Part shown: positions 31,974-41,636 of the stretch, piece by piece
How positions within the stretch are numbered: the stretch's first letter is position 1
How the letters are laid out: each line of letters starts with the position of its first letter
Assembly (NCBI GenBank): GCA_963812155.1
Contig: CAWETW010000002.1
Location: 384,001 to 448,000 of the forward strand
Length of the DNA stretch: 64,000 bases
From: Vulcanimicrobiota bacterium
GTDB taxonomy: Bacteria > Vulcanimicrobiota > Vulcanimicrobiia > Vulcanimicrobiales > Vulcanimicrobiaceae
Reading direction: 5' to 3'
Position numbers and translations under genes: made by a program
The notes under the pieces: generated by a model
Database searches by the model: none
The model's input: only the letters and a program-made list of their open reading frames with translations
What the model was told of the DNA's origin: nothing

Positions 31974-32120
31974 GCCGTTACCCTCCTCAAGTGGTTCGCC
32001 GCACGGCGGATCCGCGCGGCCATTGGCCCATACTGCCCCGCATTTCTCGCATCCAAACCTGAAAGCTCAACCAAGGGGCTTTCGGGTTTCGCGACGAGCG
32101 GCCCGGGGTAATCACGGCGC

Positions 32121-32336
32121 ATGAGCGATCAAATAAAGAAAGCCGGCGCCGATTTGCACGACGCCGCAGAAGAAATCAAACACCGGACGGTTGCCGAGGG
32201 CGAGCGGTTGAAGCGCGACGCTTTAGGAGACGAACTCACGACCGGAGAAAAGATCGAGTCGGGCGCAAACGAGCTGAAGAACCGGACGCAGGCCGAGATA
32301 GACAAAGCCAAACGCGGCCTACGCGACCACACCTGA
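32121..32336 (+). CDS. Small hydrophilic helical protein (CsbD/LEA-like)
   Basis: 71 aa, rich in K, E and A. Confidence 0.55.
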   Translation: MSDQIKKAGADLHDAAEEIKHRTVAEGERLKRDALGDELTTGEKIESGANELKNRTQAEIDKAKRGLRDHT

Positions 32337-32355
32337 AGCGACGACGTTAAGCGCC

Positions 32356-32544
32356 ATGCCGATCATCGAAGTCTGCATCGTTCTCGTCGTCGTCGGCGTG
32401 CTGCTGTGGCTCGTCAACACGTATATTCCGATGGCCGCCGGCGTTAAGTCGTTACTCAATGCCGTCGTCATCATCTTCCTCATCGTCTGGCTGCTCCGGG
32501 TCTTCGGGCTCTGGAACTACATCACGCACCTGCACGCGAGCTGA
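32356..32544 (+). CDS. Small two-TM protein (Thivi_2564-like)
   Basis: LVVVGVLLWLVNTYIPM...LNAVVII pattern. Confidence 0.7.
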   Translation: MPIIEVCIVLVVVGVLLWLVNTYIPMAAGVKSLLNAVVIIFLIVWLLRVFGLWNYITHLHAS

Positions 32545-32580
32545 CGCGCGGGCTGATTGAAAACGCTTCCTTCGGCGACA

Positions 32581-33156
32581 TCATTTCGCAAGCGCGTTTG
32601 CGGCGACGATGGCGGCCGCCAGCGCGAGTTTGTGGTCCTGGTTCCATGGGGATCCGAGGCTCCTTCGCAGATCGAGGAAGTGTGCGTCGAAGCTGTCGAG
32701 CCCCAGCGCGCGGCCGGCTTCGCTACAGACGTTTTTAGGTTCGAACCAATACACGGGTAGAGCGCGCGCCGCCGCCGCCGAGGCCAGGACGTCGCGGTAC
32801 ATCACCCAGTCGGCGACGTTCCGCGCCACTGGATCGTTGATTCGTTCTGCAATCGTCGGCGGAAGCGGCTGGCGTTCGCGAAGGGCTATGCCGAAAACAT
32901 CGCCGACGTCCTTCGTCACCGCATCGAGCGCGATGGCCGCATACCTCTCAACCGATGCGCGCACGCGTTCCACCAGCGCAACGCCCTCGTCGGACGAGAG
33001 CATCTGAGCTTCGTGGTGATGCGGAATCGCCGGCAAGTCGTCATCGACGAGTTCCACACGCCGCCGGTCGAGCAGCGTGCCGTCGCGCGCCGCGGTCACG
33101 AGCACGGCCCAACCGCCGTGGTCCGATATCCCGATGACGCCACCACTTTTCGACAT
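32581..33156 (-). CDS. Hypothetical protein
   Basis: AAAGGGA upstream; GVIGISDHGGWAVLV...DRRRVEL...PHHH. Confidence 0.7.
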   Translation of the reverse strand: MSKSGGVIGISDHGGWAVLVTAARDGTLLDRRRVELVDDDLPAIPHHHEAQMLSSDEGVALVERVRASVERYAAIALDAVTKDVGDVFGIALRERQPLPPTIAERINDPVARNVADWVMYRDVLASAAAARALPVYWFEPKNVCSEAGRALGLDSFDAHFLDLRRSLGSPWNQDHKLALAAAIVAANALAK

Positions 33157-33247
33157 CACGATCCCTTTCATCTCACGTAACACAAGGCCAATTCGTCCTC
33201 TTGAGCACGCCAATCACGTTTTTATCGGACGGCGGTTGCTAAGGAAA

Positions 33248-34795
33248 TTACCTTGATGATCTCGAGATAAAGGCAGCTGGTTTCAGTGCGCCAACGCACG
33301 ATGTATCGGGCGCAACCTTCGGATCGGCATAGAACGAAACGATCACTTTTTGTGCACAGGGAGACCAGGGTGAGACGGTGTGCCCGACGCCCGGGATGGC
33401 GATGAGCGTTGCGTGGGATAGCCGCGCTGCCGCTGCCTTCGCTCCCGCGAACGACGTCAACGTGTCGAACGTTCCGGAGAGAAGGAGCGTCGGAATGTTG
33501 CTGGCAACGGGCTCGTGCATTGATTTCGGGGCGAGGGGAAGTTTCCAGACGTCGCGACAGTCTTCTTGAACGTAAGCCCAGCCGCCGATACCTTCACGTT
33601 GCACCGAGGCCGGATAATCCGGGAACGCTTCTCGTCCGGCCGCGGCGAGTTCTCGCGGCGTCCCGAGGTGATCTTCGCGGCAGGTGGTACCGACCGCGAG
33701 ACCGTCGCCGAGAGCAGGTGCGCCTGGATGATAGGGCGGCGCTCGGCTTGCCCGATCCTTAGCAATCGCCTCGATGGAATCGGTGCGGCCGGCCGCGAGT
33801 CCCCCAATTGTATCGGGCGCGGCTTGAAGTGTGGGGATGCCGTACGTTTGGTTGCGCAGCCAATCGATGAGTGCCCCGCCATCGAGCATCACCTTGATGT
33901 TCTTGCCGGTGTTGGGGTCGCTGATTGTTGGCGTCAGCGGCTTGGCTTCGAGCTTATTGACCAGTTTGGTAAAAGTCCGCTCGAGATGAGGGTGGGCCGC
34001 GTTGCAGGCCGGTTGCGCTTCGCAGGCGTCAAAGAGGTTGTCGAAGCCAGAGCGCGCGTTCCACCAGTTTACCGCGATGCTGTAGCTCGTCGGTAGGACG
34101 GAGTCCAGAACGACGCTGCGGATCCCCTCCGGATGCTCGCGCATAAGCGTCTGCGCGGTATACGTGCCGAACGAGTTTCCGTAAACGTTCCACTCGGCAA
34201 TGCCAAGCACTTTGCGGAGATCGACCAAATCGGCCACGCTCTCGGTCGAATTATAAGCGCTGAGATTGGCGCCGGTGGCCGTGAGTTCGTCTCGGCAGGC
34301 TTTGGTTGCAAGCAAGTGGGCACGCTTTGTTGCCTCGGAATAAAACCGAAGGCCAAGTAACTCTCCGGCGAAGTTGTTACTTGCCGCGCAGATCAGCGCC
34401 GGCTTTGAGGACCAGGTGCCGCGTTGACTCACGACCCAGATGTCCCGGTCGCGAATAAAGTTCGCCTTGATGATCTGGTCGATTTCAAGCGGAGCAATAT
34501 CGCCCGGCCCACCTTCAAGGTACAGAACCGGATCGGGCCGCTTTTCCGACGATTGCGCTCGATGTCTTGCGACCATGATCCGAATGGTGCGACCGTTCGG
34601 CCTACTGCGATCCTCCGGGACGACAAGATACCCGCAGTCTGCGTTGGCAAGCCATTCTACGCCCCCAATTTTCGAGCACGTCGCCCGCTCGAAGCGTGGC
34701 ACGGCTGCCGGCCGATCGGCCCGTACGACTTGCGCCGTAACGGATAAACCAAACAGAATGGCGAGCGCCAGGAGATGTCGGCGGTTGATCGTCAT
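33248..34795 (-). CDS. Secreted alpha/beta hydrolase with TAP-like C-terminal domain
   Basis: YLEGGPG, QRGT, GNSFG nucleophile, VVLDS, GTFDTLT, GVGH. Confidence 0.9.
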   Translation of the reverse strand: MTINRRHLLALAILFGLSVTAQVVRADRPAAVPRFERATCSKIGGVEWLANADCGYLVVPEDRSRPNGRTIRIMVARHRAQSSEKRPDPVLYLEGGPGDIAPLEIDQIIKANFIRDRDIWVVSQRGTWSSKPALICAASNNFAGELLGLRFYSEATKRAHLLATKACRDELTATGANLSAYNSTESVADLVDLRKVLGIAEWNVYGNSFGTYTAQTLMREHPEGIRSVVLDSVLPTSYSIAVNWWNARSGFDNLFDACEAQPACNAAHPHLERTFTKLVNKLEAKPLTPTISDPNTGKNIKVMLDGGALIDWLRNQTYGIPTLQAAPDTIGGLAAGRTDSIEAIAKDRASRAPPYHPGAPALGDGLAVGTTCREDHLGTPRELAAAGREAFPDYPASVQREGIGGWAYVQEDCRDVWKLPLAPKSMHEPVASNIPTLLLSGTFDTLTSFAGAKAAAARLSHATLIAIPGVGHTVSPWSPCAQKVIVSFYADPKVAPDTSCVGALKPAAFISRSSR

Positions 34796-34891
34796 GGCTT
34801 CTTTCTATATGCACCGAACGCGTTGGCTCGAAAACATTTTCTACCTCCTGCGTTGCAGCAACGTTTTTCGCCGCTTTGCCAACCGAAGGGT

Positions 34892-35431
34892 CTATGGTTT
34901 TCTCGGTAGAGATTGGACTAGGTGCCCCTTTAGCTTGGGGTCCTCGAGCGGTTGAGATTCGAAGATCGGTCGCAGGAATGACGCGAACTCCGGTTCGATT
35001 GCCGCGCGCGTTACGGCATTATCGAAAATTGCACGCGTGATCGGCATGCGGGCGACGGGAACGAATGAGGCCATCCAGTTGCGCCAGAAATGATCTCCGA
35101 CAATCGAATCCTTACGCAGAAAGTACATGTCTTGCAAGTCGTCGATAATATTGCGCACCACGACCGTAGACTCGATGCTCGGGACATCCGGGTACAACTC
35201 ACGCATTTCCGGATTTGCTTCCAGATACATTGCCATAGTACCGGGATTGCGGATGAGACTCATTCGCGCCTGATACATTCGCTCCGACATCGCTTGCTGC
35301 ACTTCGAGAGTGGACGCCAGATGTGCCGCGTCTGCTTGCCTACGCGAGTGCAGCGCTTGCGTACGCGCGTACACTAGCGATAACATGCCGATCGCCATAC
35401 CGGTGGCGCCGAAAATAAGCCCTAAATCCAC
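34892..35431 (-). CDS. Membrane-anchored hypothetical protein
   Basis: 179-aa ORF with N-terminal TM helix; GC lower than the flanks. Confidence 0.65.
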   Translation of the reverse strand: MDLGLIFGATGMAIGMLSLVYARTQALHSRRQADAAHLASTLEVQQAMSERMYQARMSLIRNPGTMAMYLEANPEMRELYPDVPSIESTVVVRNIIDDLQDMYFLRKDSIVGDHFWRNWMASFVPVARMPITRAIFDNAVTRAAIEPEFASFLRPIFESQPLEDPKLKGHLVQSLPRKP

Positions 35432-35671
35432 AACACTTCCCCGATGACGCTATAGCCTGTTTTCGCAAACGTATCCTTTTTTCTCGTGAATGCCTCGGGC
35501 CCCTGACCCGTCCGCGCACGGCTGACCGAGCGTGGCCACGATAGAAGCCTTCGAGAGGGACTGGTATTTGGACAGCGGCAACGCCCTGATAAATGCGAGG
35601 GTCTTCCTCCGGGGTGGCGGAGAACGTAGGCACGTGGTCGCATTGGCGTTACGAAGATGGATTGAGTTCGT

Positions 35672-36097
35672 ATGAACGTACAAGAACAAATTAAAGAGTA
35701 TCTTACCAGCCAACCTGAGCCAAAGCGTAGTGATATGCAAGAGTTGCACCACCTCACGCTTCACGTTTTACCAGGTTGTAAATTATGGTTCGACAATGGT
35801 AAAAACAGCGAAAACAAGACCGTTAATAACCCTACTATAGGCTATGGATTTCACACCATTAAATACGCTGATGGAAAGACCAGGGACGTGTTTCAAATTG
35901 GTTTGAGTGCAAACAAAACCGGAATCTCCGTCTACATCCTCGGTATCAAAGATAAGACACACTTAGCCCAAACGTATGGAAACAAATTAGGCAAGGCGAG
36001 CGTGACCGGGTATTGCATTAGGTTCAAAACGCTAAAAGATATAAACATTGATATACTTGAAGCGGCAATACGATATGGGGTAGAGGCGCCGCATTAG
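35672..36097 (+). CDS. DUF1801 domain protein, AT-rich
   Basis: PTIGYG, IGLSANKTGISVY, LGKASVTGYCIRFKTLKDINIDIL. Confidence 0.85.
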   Translation: MNVQEQIKEYLTSQPEPKRSDMQELHHLTLHVLPGCKLWFDNGKNSENKTVNNPTIGYGFHTIKYADGKTRDVFQIGLSANKTGISVYILGIKDKTHLAQTYGNKLGKASVTGYCIRFKTLKDINIDILEAAIRYGVEAPH

Positions 36098-36125
36098 TAG
36101 ATAAGGAGTGCATGCCGTGCACGAA

Positions 36126-36572
36126 ATGGACTCGAACGAAGACCTACGCGCGACGCGCACCCGCTACTACGAGCGGTACGCGTTTCCGCTCTTCAGCCAC
36201 ATCGACTTTCGCGTCAGCGACGCCGATGCCGTGCGACCATTCTACGACGCGCTGATGCCACTGTTCGGTACCGAGCCCACGACGGTGCGCGTCGCGCGCT
36301 ACGGATATACGCGGCGCTACGGCACCGTCCGGGCAGATTTCTTCAACGTGTTCGAAGACCCGGACGCGCGCCCGACGGCGACGCGCATTGCATTCGCGGC
36401 GCCCAGCACCGATTTCGTCGATGAGGTCGCCCGGGTCGTACGCGCGCACGGCGGGCAAAACGTGGACGGTCCCGGGTACTTCGCGCAGCACCATCCGACG
36501 TTCTATGCGGTCTTCTTTGAAGATCCGCTGGGCAACCGCCTAGAAGTCTGCCATCACCGCATGGACAAATAG
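36126..36572 (+). CDS. VOC/glyoxalase family protein
   Basis: FSHIDFRVSD, PFYD, IAFAAPS, YAVFFEDPLGNRLEV. Start codon uncertain. Confidence 0.85.
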   Translation: MDSNEDLRATRTRYYERYAFPLFSHIDFRVSDADAVRPFYDALMPLFGTEPTTVRVARYGYTRRYGTVRADFFNVFEDPDARPTATRIAFAAPSTDFVDEVARVVRAHGGQNVDGPGYFAQHHPTFYAVFFEDPLGNRLEVCHHRMDK

Positions 36573-36712
36573 CGTCTAAGATCTACGTCTGGCGTTCATC
36601 CGGCGAATGCGGCTTGGGTCGTATTCCTCATATAGCCGCCGGTTCAACCAATTGTTTGCCGTTGACGGTGCCGAACGCTTGATTTCGATGCGATCGCCAT
36701 CCACTCGTCGCT

Positions 36713-37015
36713 CTAAAGCGTCGAGTCGTCGTAGCCGTCGACGACGATGAGATCCGTCGTGCTGATCTGTTGACGCAACGCCTTGGCGGGTGCGTATTCG
36801 GGCGAGTTCCACCATTCGATGGCTCGTTCAAACGCTTCGAACGTCAGGACGACGATTCGCGTGGGCGCCCACGCCCCTTCTAGCACGGTCATGGTGCCGC
36901 CGCGAGCGAGGTAACGGCCTCCGTATTGCGCCACGGTTCGCTGTGCGAGATCCTTGTACGTCTGGTACTTGGCCGGATCGACGGTTGCAACGTTGACGAT
37001 GACGTAAGCGGCCAT
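36713..37015 (-). CDS. DUF1330 domain protein
   Basis: AGGAGA RBS; YGGRYLARGG, LEG.W.P.RIVV, WWNSPEY. Confidence 0.92.
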   Translation of the reverse strand: MAAYVIVNVATVDPAKYQTYKDLAQRTVAQYGGRYLARGGTMTVLEGAWAPTRIVVLTFEAFERAIEWWNSPEYAPAKALRQQISTTDLIVVDGYDDSTL

Positions 37016-37165
37016 ACATGTCTCCTAGGATGAATCCGGATCGAATGCGTTAGACGCGGTAACGCCGGGCGGCAAGGCATGATGCACGAACCGGAGCCGT
37101 CCAACCTGCTTCACGAAGATCGCCGCGGCTGCGGGGTGCGGAGCGACAGCCGAGAACTAAGGCGC

Positions 37166-38170
37166 GTGCGGCAATCGGCCTTTATCGAAAAACGTTCGCA
37201 ATCGTGGGAACGGCTCGATGCGCTCGCAACGAAGGCCGGGAGGAAAGGCGTTCGGGGACTCGGAGCCGGCGACGCCGACGAACTCGGCCGGCTGTATCGC
37301 GCCGCGACGAGCGACTTGTCGTATGCCCGCGGACGCGAGTTCGATCCGGCGCTCGTCGAGTACTTGAACCGGCTGGCCGCACGGGCGCACGCGTACGTCT
37401 ATGGCGGCTCGGCGCAAACCGGCGGCGCACGTATATCCGCCTTCTATCGGGAAACGTTTCCGCGCGAGTTCCGGCGGTCGTTCGCGTACGTCGCGATCTG
37501 CACGGCGGTTACCGTCGCCTTCGCCGTCGTCGCCTTCGCCGTCGTACGCGCGCATCCGGCGGCCGCCTACTCGCTGCTTCCGTCGCAACTCGTGCCCGAC
37601 GAGATACGCAAGAGCCTGCACGACTCGAACTTCGCCTTCGATCACGACTTCGCGCCGGCGATGTCCGCCGCCATCATCACGAATAATATCCGCGTCGCAA
37701 TTGCCGCCTTTGCGGGTTCGGTCACGCTCGGCGCGCTGACGCTCTACATCATCGCCTACAACGGATTGATGCTCGGCGGCATGGGAGCGCTTTTTACCAA
37801 CGCCGGCTTCGGTTACGATTTCTGGGCGACGATTGCGCCGCACGGCGCGATCGAGCTCACCGCAATCCAAATCGCCGGCGCCGCCGGACTCCTGATCGCG
37901 GCCGGCGTGCTGTATCCCGGACGCTTACGCCGTAAGGAAGCGATCGTGCGTAACGCGCGCCGCGCCGGAACGCTGATCGCCGGCGTCGCATCGATGCTCG
38001 TCGTCGCCGGCACCATCGAAGGCTTCATCTCCCCGCAGCGCTGGCCGCCGCAAACGCGCGTAGGGTTCGGCGCGCTGACGGCCGTCGCGCTGGTGCTCTA
38101 CTTCGGCTTCAGCGGCCGCCATAAAAGAAAGTCCCATAAACAAGGGAGGTCTGACGTATTCCAAATCTAG
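37166..38170 (+). CDS. Stage II sporulation protein M-like (DUF95) membrane protein
   Basis: LYRAATSDLS, IITNNIRVA, IAPHGAIELTAI, AGTIEGFIS. The last codons and the stop lie inside repeat copy C. Confidence 0.9.
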   Translation: MRQSAFIEKRSQSWERLDALATKAGRKGVRGLGAGDADELGRLYRAATSDLSYARGREFDPALVEYLNRLAARAHAYVYGGSAQTGGARISAFYRETFPREFRRSFAYVAICTAVTVAFAVVAFAVVRAHPAAAYSLLPSQLVPDEIRKSLHDSNFAFDHDFAPAMSAAIITNNIRVAIAAFAGSVTLGALTLYIIAYNGLMLGGMGALFTNAGFGYDFWATIAPHGAIELTAIQIAGAAGLLIAAGVLYPGRLRRKEAIVRNARRAGTLIAGVASMLVVAGTIEGFISPQRWPPQTRVGFGALTAVALVLYFGFSGRHKRKSHKQGRSDVFQI

Positions 38171-38245
38171 GAAGCGAGGGTCGAAGTTTGCTACGGCAAA
38201 TGAGACCCGAGGTGACAACGAGTTGGGATACGTCAGGCCTCCCTT
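38142..38245 (+). repeat. Copy C of the ~100-nt palindromic repeat / structured RNA candidate
   Basis: Arms AAGGGAGGTCTGACGTATTCCAA / TTGGGATACGTCAGGCCTCCCTT; core inverted relative to copies A and B. Confidence 0.85.
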
Positions 38246-39600
38246 ACAAAAGTCCGCGTTGTTTGATGCGCAGATACTCGTCAATCAGCGCGGTCGTCAG
38301 TTTTTCCGCGGGCACGTCGATGACGACGACGCCCATGCGGCCGAGCAGCGCGGCCGCGGTGCGGCGCTCCTCGGCGAGTCCGACCGCAACGCCCGCGCGA
38401 AAAGCCCCGCCCACGTCGCGAGGCTCTTCGGCGAGTGCGGCGTTGACGGCGGCATCGTTCATGAAGACGCAGGCGAGCAAGTGGTGGCGTGCGACCGACG
38501 CGAGTTCGGCCAGCAGCGCGCTCTGCGAAACCGGATCGATGACGTCGGTGAGAAAGAGCACGAGCGAGCGTTTGTGCAGGTGCGAGCGCAGGTAGAAGAA
38601 CGCGCGCGCATAGTCGGATTCTTCGAAGCGCGGCTCGAGATCGTACAGCAGCTCGGCAACGGCCGCGGCCGAGGATCGCGTCGAACGCGGCGCCGCCGCC
38701 GCGAGAATTTCGCCGGCAAACGCGACCACGCCGACGCGGTCGCTCGCCAAGCCGGCAATGGCGGCGACCGAAAGCGCCGCCGTCACCGCGTAGTCGAACT
38801 TGCGCAGTTTGGCGCCGATGCGCGGCGTCATGAGGCGTCCGCAATCGAGCACGAGCATTACGTTCTGGCTGCGCTCGACCTCGTGATGCGCGACCATGAG
38901 TTTGCCGCGCCGCGCCGTCACCTTCCAATCGATCGCACGGAACGCATCGCCGTCGGCGTATTCGCGCAGTGATTCGAACTCGGTACCCGTGCCGCGCAGC
39001 CGCATCTTTCGCAGTCCGGCTTCGATCGTGCGGTTGCGCACGTGTAGCGAGCCGTAACGCTCGACTGCCGAGAGATCGGGAAAGACGCGGAAGGGCTCTG
39101 CCGCCGCGACCGCCATGCGCCGGCGAATGAGGCCGAGCGCGTTTTCGTACCAGACGAACAGCGTGCCGAACTCGTCGGGGCCGCGCGCGACCGGCGTAAC
39201 CGTACGGGACACCTCGACGCTCGAACGCGGCGGCACGCCAACGACCGTGTCGTCTTCGCCCCACTGCAGCGTGCGCACCGGCGTCTCGACGATGCCCACA
39301 CGAATAGAGCGCGCACAACGATTCACCACCCGATACGCAACGTCGAGTGTCACCCGTAACGCGAGATGGTCGCCCGCGACGCGCACGACGCCGATATCCG
39401 CATTCCGCGGACCCCACGCCGCGTCGACAACGGCTGCCGCGACGAGCGCGACGACGCCCGCATACGCGACGGCAATCAGCGCCGGCAGCCCGGGAGAACA
39501 CGCGAAGAGCAGCGCAATCGCGCCGAGCAGATAGAAGAATCGCGGCGTCGGCCACCCCGGCAGCCACACCCGCGGCCGCAAGCGCGCGCCGCTAGCGTCC
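38244..39600 (-). CDS. DUF58 (vWA-like) MoxR partner protein
   Basis: GTEFESLREY..GD..RAIDWKVTAR, LVLDCGRLM, LFLTD. Start approximate. Confidence 0.9.
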
Positions 39601-40563
39601 CTACGTTTCGGGGCCACGCGGCACCGGCACCGTCGCGAGGATGCCGCGCAATACTTCGACCGCGGAGATGCCTTCGATCTCCGCATCGGGTGCCACGATG
39701 AGCCGGTGCGGCAAGACGGCGGACGCGACGTCCTTGACGTCGTCGGGCGTCGCAAAATCGCGGCCCGCGATTGCCGCAGCCGCCTGCGATGCGAGCAGCA
39801 GCGCTACGCCGGCGCGCGGCGAAGCTCCGAGCGTTAAGCGCTGATGGTTGCGCGTCGCCGCGACGATTGCGTACACGTACTCGCACACGCCGTTCGACAG
39901 ATGCACCTCGCGAATGGCGCGCTGGGCCTCGAGCACTTCGTTCGCGGTCGTGATGGGAACGATTCCCGACGATGCGAGCGCATGCGCGTCGAAGCCGCCG
40001 GCAACGCGTTGCAGAAGTTCGAGCTCGCGCGCGGGCGCCGGATACGAAGGCGCAATCTTTACCATGAAGCGGTCGAGCTGCGCCTCCGGCAGCGGATACG
40101 TTCCTTCGTACTCGATGGGGTTTTGCGTCGCGCAGAGCAAGAACGGAGACGGCAGCGCGTGTGCGACGCCGTCGATCGTCACGAAGCCCTCCTCCATCGC
40201 TTCGAGGAGGGCGGCTTGCGTCTTGGGCGGCGTGCGGTTGACCTCGTCGGCCAGCACGACGTTGGCAACGATCGGTCCGAGACGAGTCGTGAACTCGGCG
40301 GTCTTCGGATTGAATACGGTCGTGCCGACGACGTCGGCAGGCATGAGATCCGGCGTGAACTGAATGCGCCGAAACTCCAAACCCAGCAGCGCGGCGAACG
40401 CGCGCACCGCCAGCGTCTTGCCCGTCCCGGGAACGCCTTCGATCAAGACGTGACCGCGCGCGAGCAGCGCGACCGTCAAATTGAAAGCGGTCCCTCGCGC
40501 GTCGACGACGACGCGTTCCATCCCCTGCGCGATGCGCTCTGCCAAGTTTCCGACGACGTTCAT
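39601..40563 (-). CDS. moxR: MoxR family AAA+ ATPase
   Basis: GHVLIEGVPGTGKT, RIQFTPDLMPAD, LADEVNRTPPKTQAALLEAM, ATQNPIEYEGTYPLPEAQLDRF. Confidence 0.96.
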   Translation of the reverse strand: MNVVGNLAERIAQGMERVVVDARGTAFNLTVALLARGHVLIEGVPGTGKTLAVRAFAALLGLEFRRIQFTPDLMPADVVGTTVFNPKTAEFTTRLGPIVANVVLADEVNRTPPKTQAALLEAMEEGFVTIDGVAHALPSPFLLCATQNPIEYEGTYPLPEAQLDRFMVKIAPSYPAPARELELLQRVAGGFDAHALASSGIVPITTANEVLEAQRAIREVHLSNGVCEYVYAIVAATRNHQRLTLGASPRAGVALLLASQAAAAIAGRDFATPDDVKDVASAVLPHRLIVAPDAEIEGISAVEVLRGILATVPVPRGPET

Positions 40564-41636
40564 CCCCACTCCTTACGCAAGCGGAACGCAATAGAGGCCG
40601 CCGCGAGCAGCGACGATTCCGACGGTCGCCCGAGGCCGCGCAATCGTTCGAGTTCGGCAAGTGCGCTGCGCGTCTCGGGATCGTCGCGGCCGCGAGCCCG
40701 GCGTGCGGAATCTTCGGCAAAGCGCGCGACGAGCGCCGCAGAGCCGCGTGCGCGCCGCAACAGCGCCGCCATGGCGGTAACGTAGGCCGACGAATCGCGA
40801 TCGGCTGCAGCGGCCGCAGGCAACGGCGGTGCGAACGGAACGTTGGCGCCGATCAATCCGAGCACGACGATGCCCACGACCATCCAAAATGCCGCGCGCA
40901 CGGGCTCCGGCATGACCTGCCAAAAACCGAGATCGTCGTCGTACCCGTGCACGTATTCGTCGAATGCTACCGCACCGTGTCCGGCAACGGCGTCGTACGC
41001 GAACGCCGCATTGTCGGCGTCGTGCAGCCTGGCGTTGCTGAATATGCCGGGCGCCGTGACGGCAATGACGTCGCCTTTACCGTAGCGATACCAAACGGCG
41101 ACGATGCCGCGTGCGTTTGCCAGTAGCGGTATGCCGCGACGCAACGCGAAAGGGAACACCGCTTCGACCGGCGCTCCGACGCGCGTAACGCCGGCCGTGT
41201 AACGATTGCGGGCGATCGCGAGCGCGCCATAGGCGCTCGCCGGCGTGCTGATGCCCACACCCGGGGCGACGTCATCCGCTCCGGCGAAATCGGTATCGAG
41301 CGCCACGAGGCGTCCGCCGCCGGCGACAAATCGCTTCAACGCAGACGCGTCGCGAGCGTTCAATCCTCGGGCAGCGGAATCGCCGGCATAACTCGAAACG
41401 ACCAGCGTTCCGATGCCGGAATCGAGCAATGCCAGCGGATGCTGGAAGCGCCGCAGCGGCACGCCGGCATCGAGCAGCACGCCGTAGAGGGCGCGATAGC
41501 CGCGCATTCCGGTATCGTAGGTGGAGTACGTCGAGGGTGCCGCGCCGCTTTGCACGCGTTCGCGTTCGAACGCAATCAGCGCCAGCGCGGCGACGCCGAT
41601 CGCCAACACGGCAAATTCGACGCGGCGGTTCGTCAC
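40560..41636 (-). CDS. DUF4350 domain membrane protein
   Basis: STYDTG.RGYRALY, FVAGGGRLV, FSNARL, FDEYVHG; position within the MoxR operon. Confidence 0.75.
   Translation of the reverse strand: MTNRRVEFAVLAIGVAALALIAFERERVQSGAAPSTYSTYDTGMRGYRALYGVLLDAGVPLRRFQHPLALLDSGIGTLVVSSYAGDSAARGLNARDASALKRFVAGGGRLVALDTDFAGADDVAPGVGISTPASAYGALAIARNRYTAGVTRVGAPVEAVFPFALRRGIPLLANARGIVAVWYRYGKGDVIAVTAPGIFSNARLHDADNAAFAYDAVAGHGAVAFDEYVHGYDDDLGFWQVMPEPVRAAFWMVVGIVVLGLIGANVPFAPPLPAAAAADRDSSAYVTAMAALLRRARGSAALVARFAEDSARRARGRDDPETRSALAELERLRGLGRPSESSLLAAASIAFRLRKEWG

Noticed and set aside
35450..35675. Possible ncRNA or 47-aa ORF (35532-35675) upstream of the DUF1801 gene
   Set aside because: No recognisable RNA motif or RBS. 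The small ORF has only a stop/start overlap in its favour.
10406..38245. Repeat copies as a CRISPR array
   Set aside because: Copies are kilobases apart, about 100 nt long, without regular spacers or cas genes.
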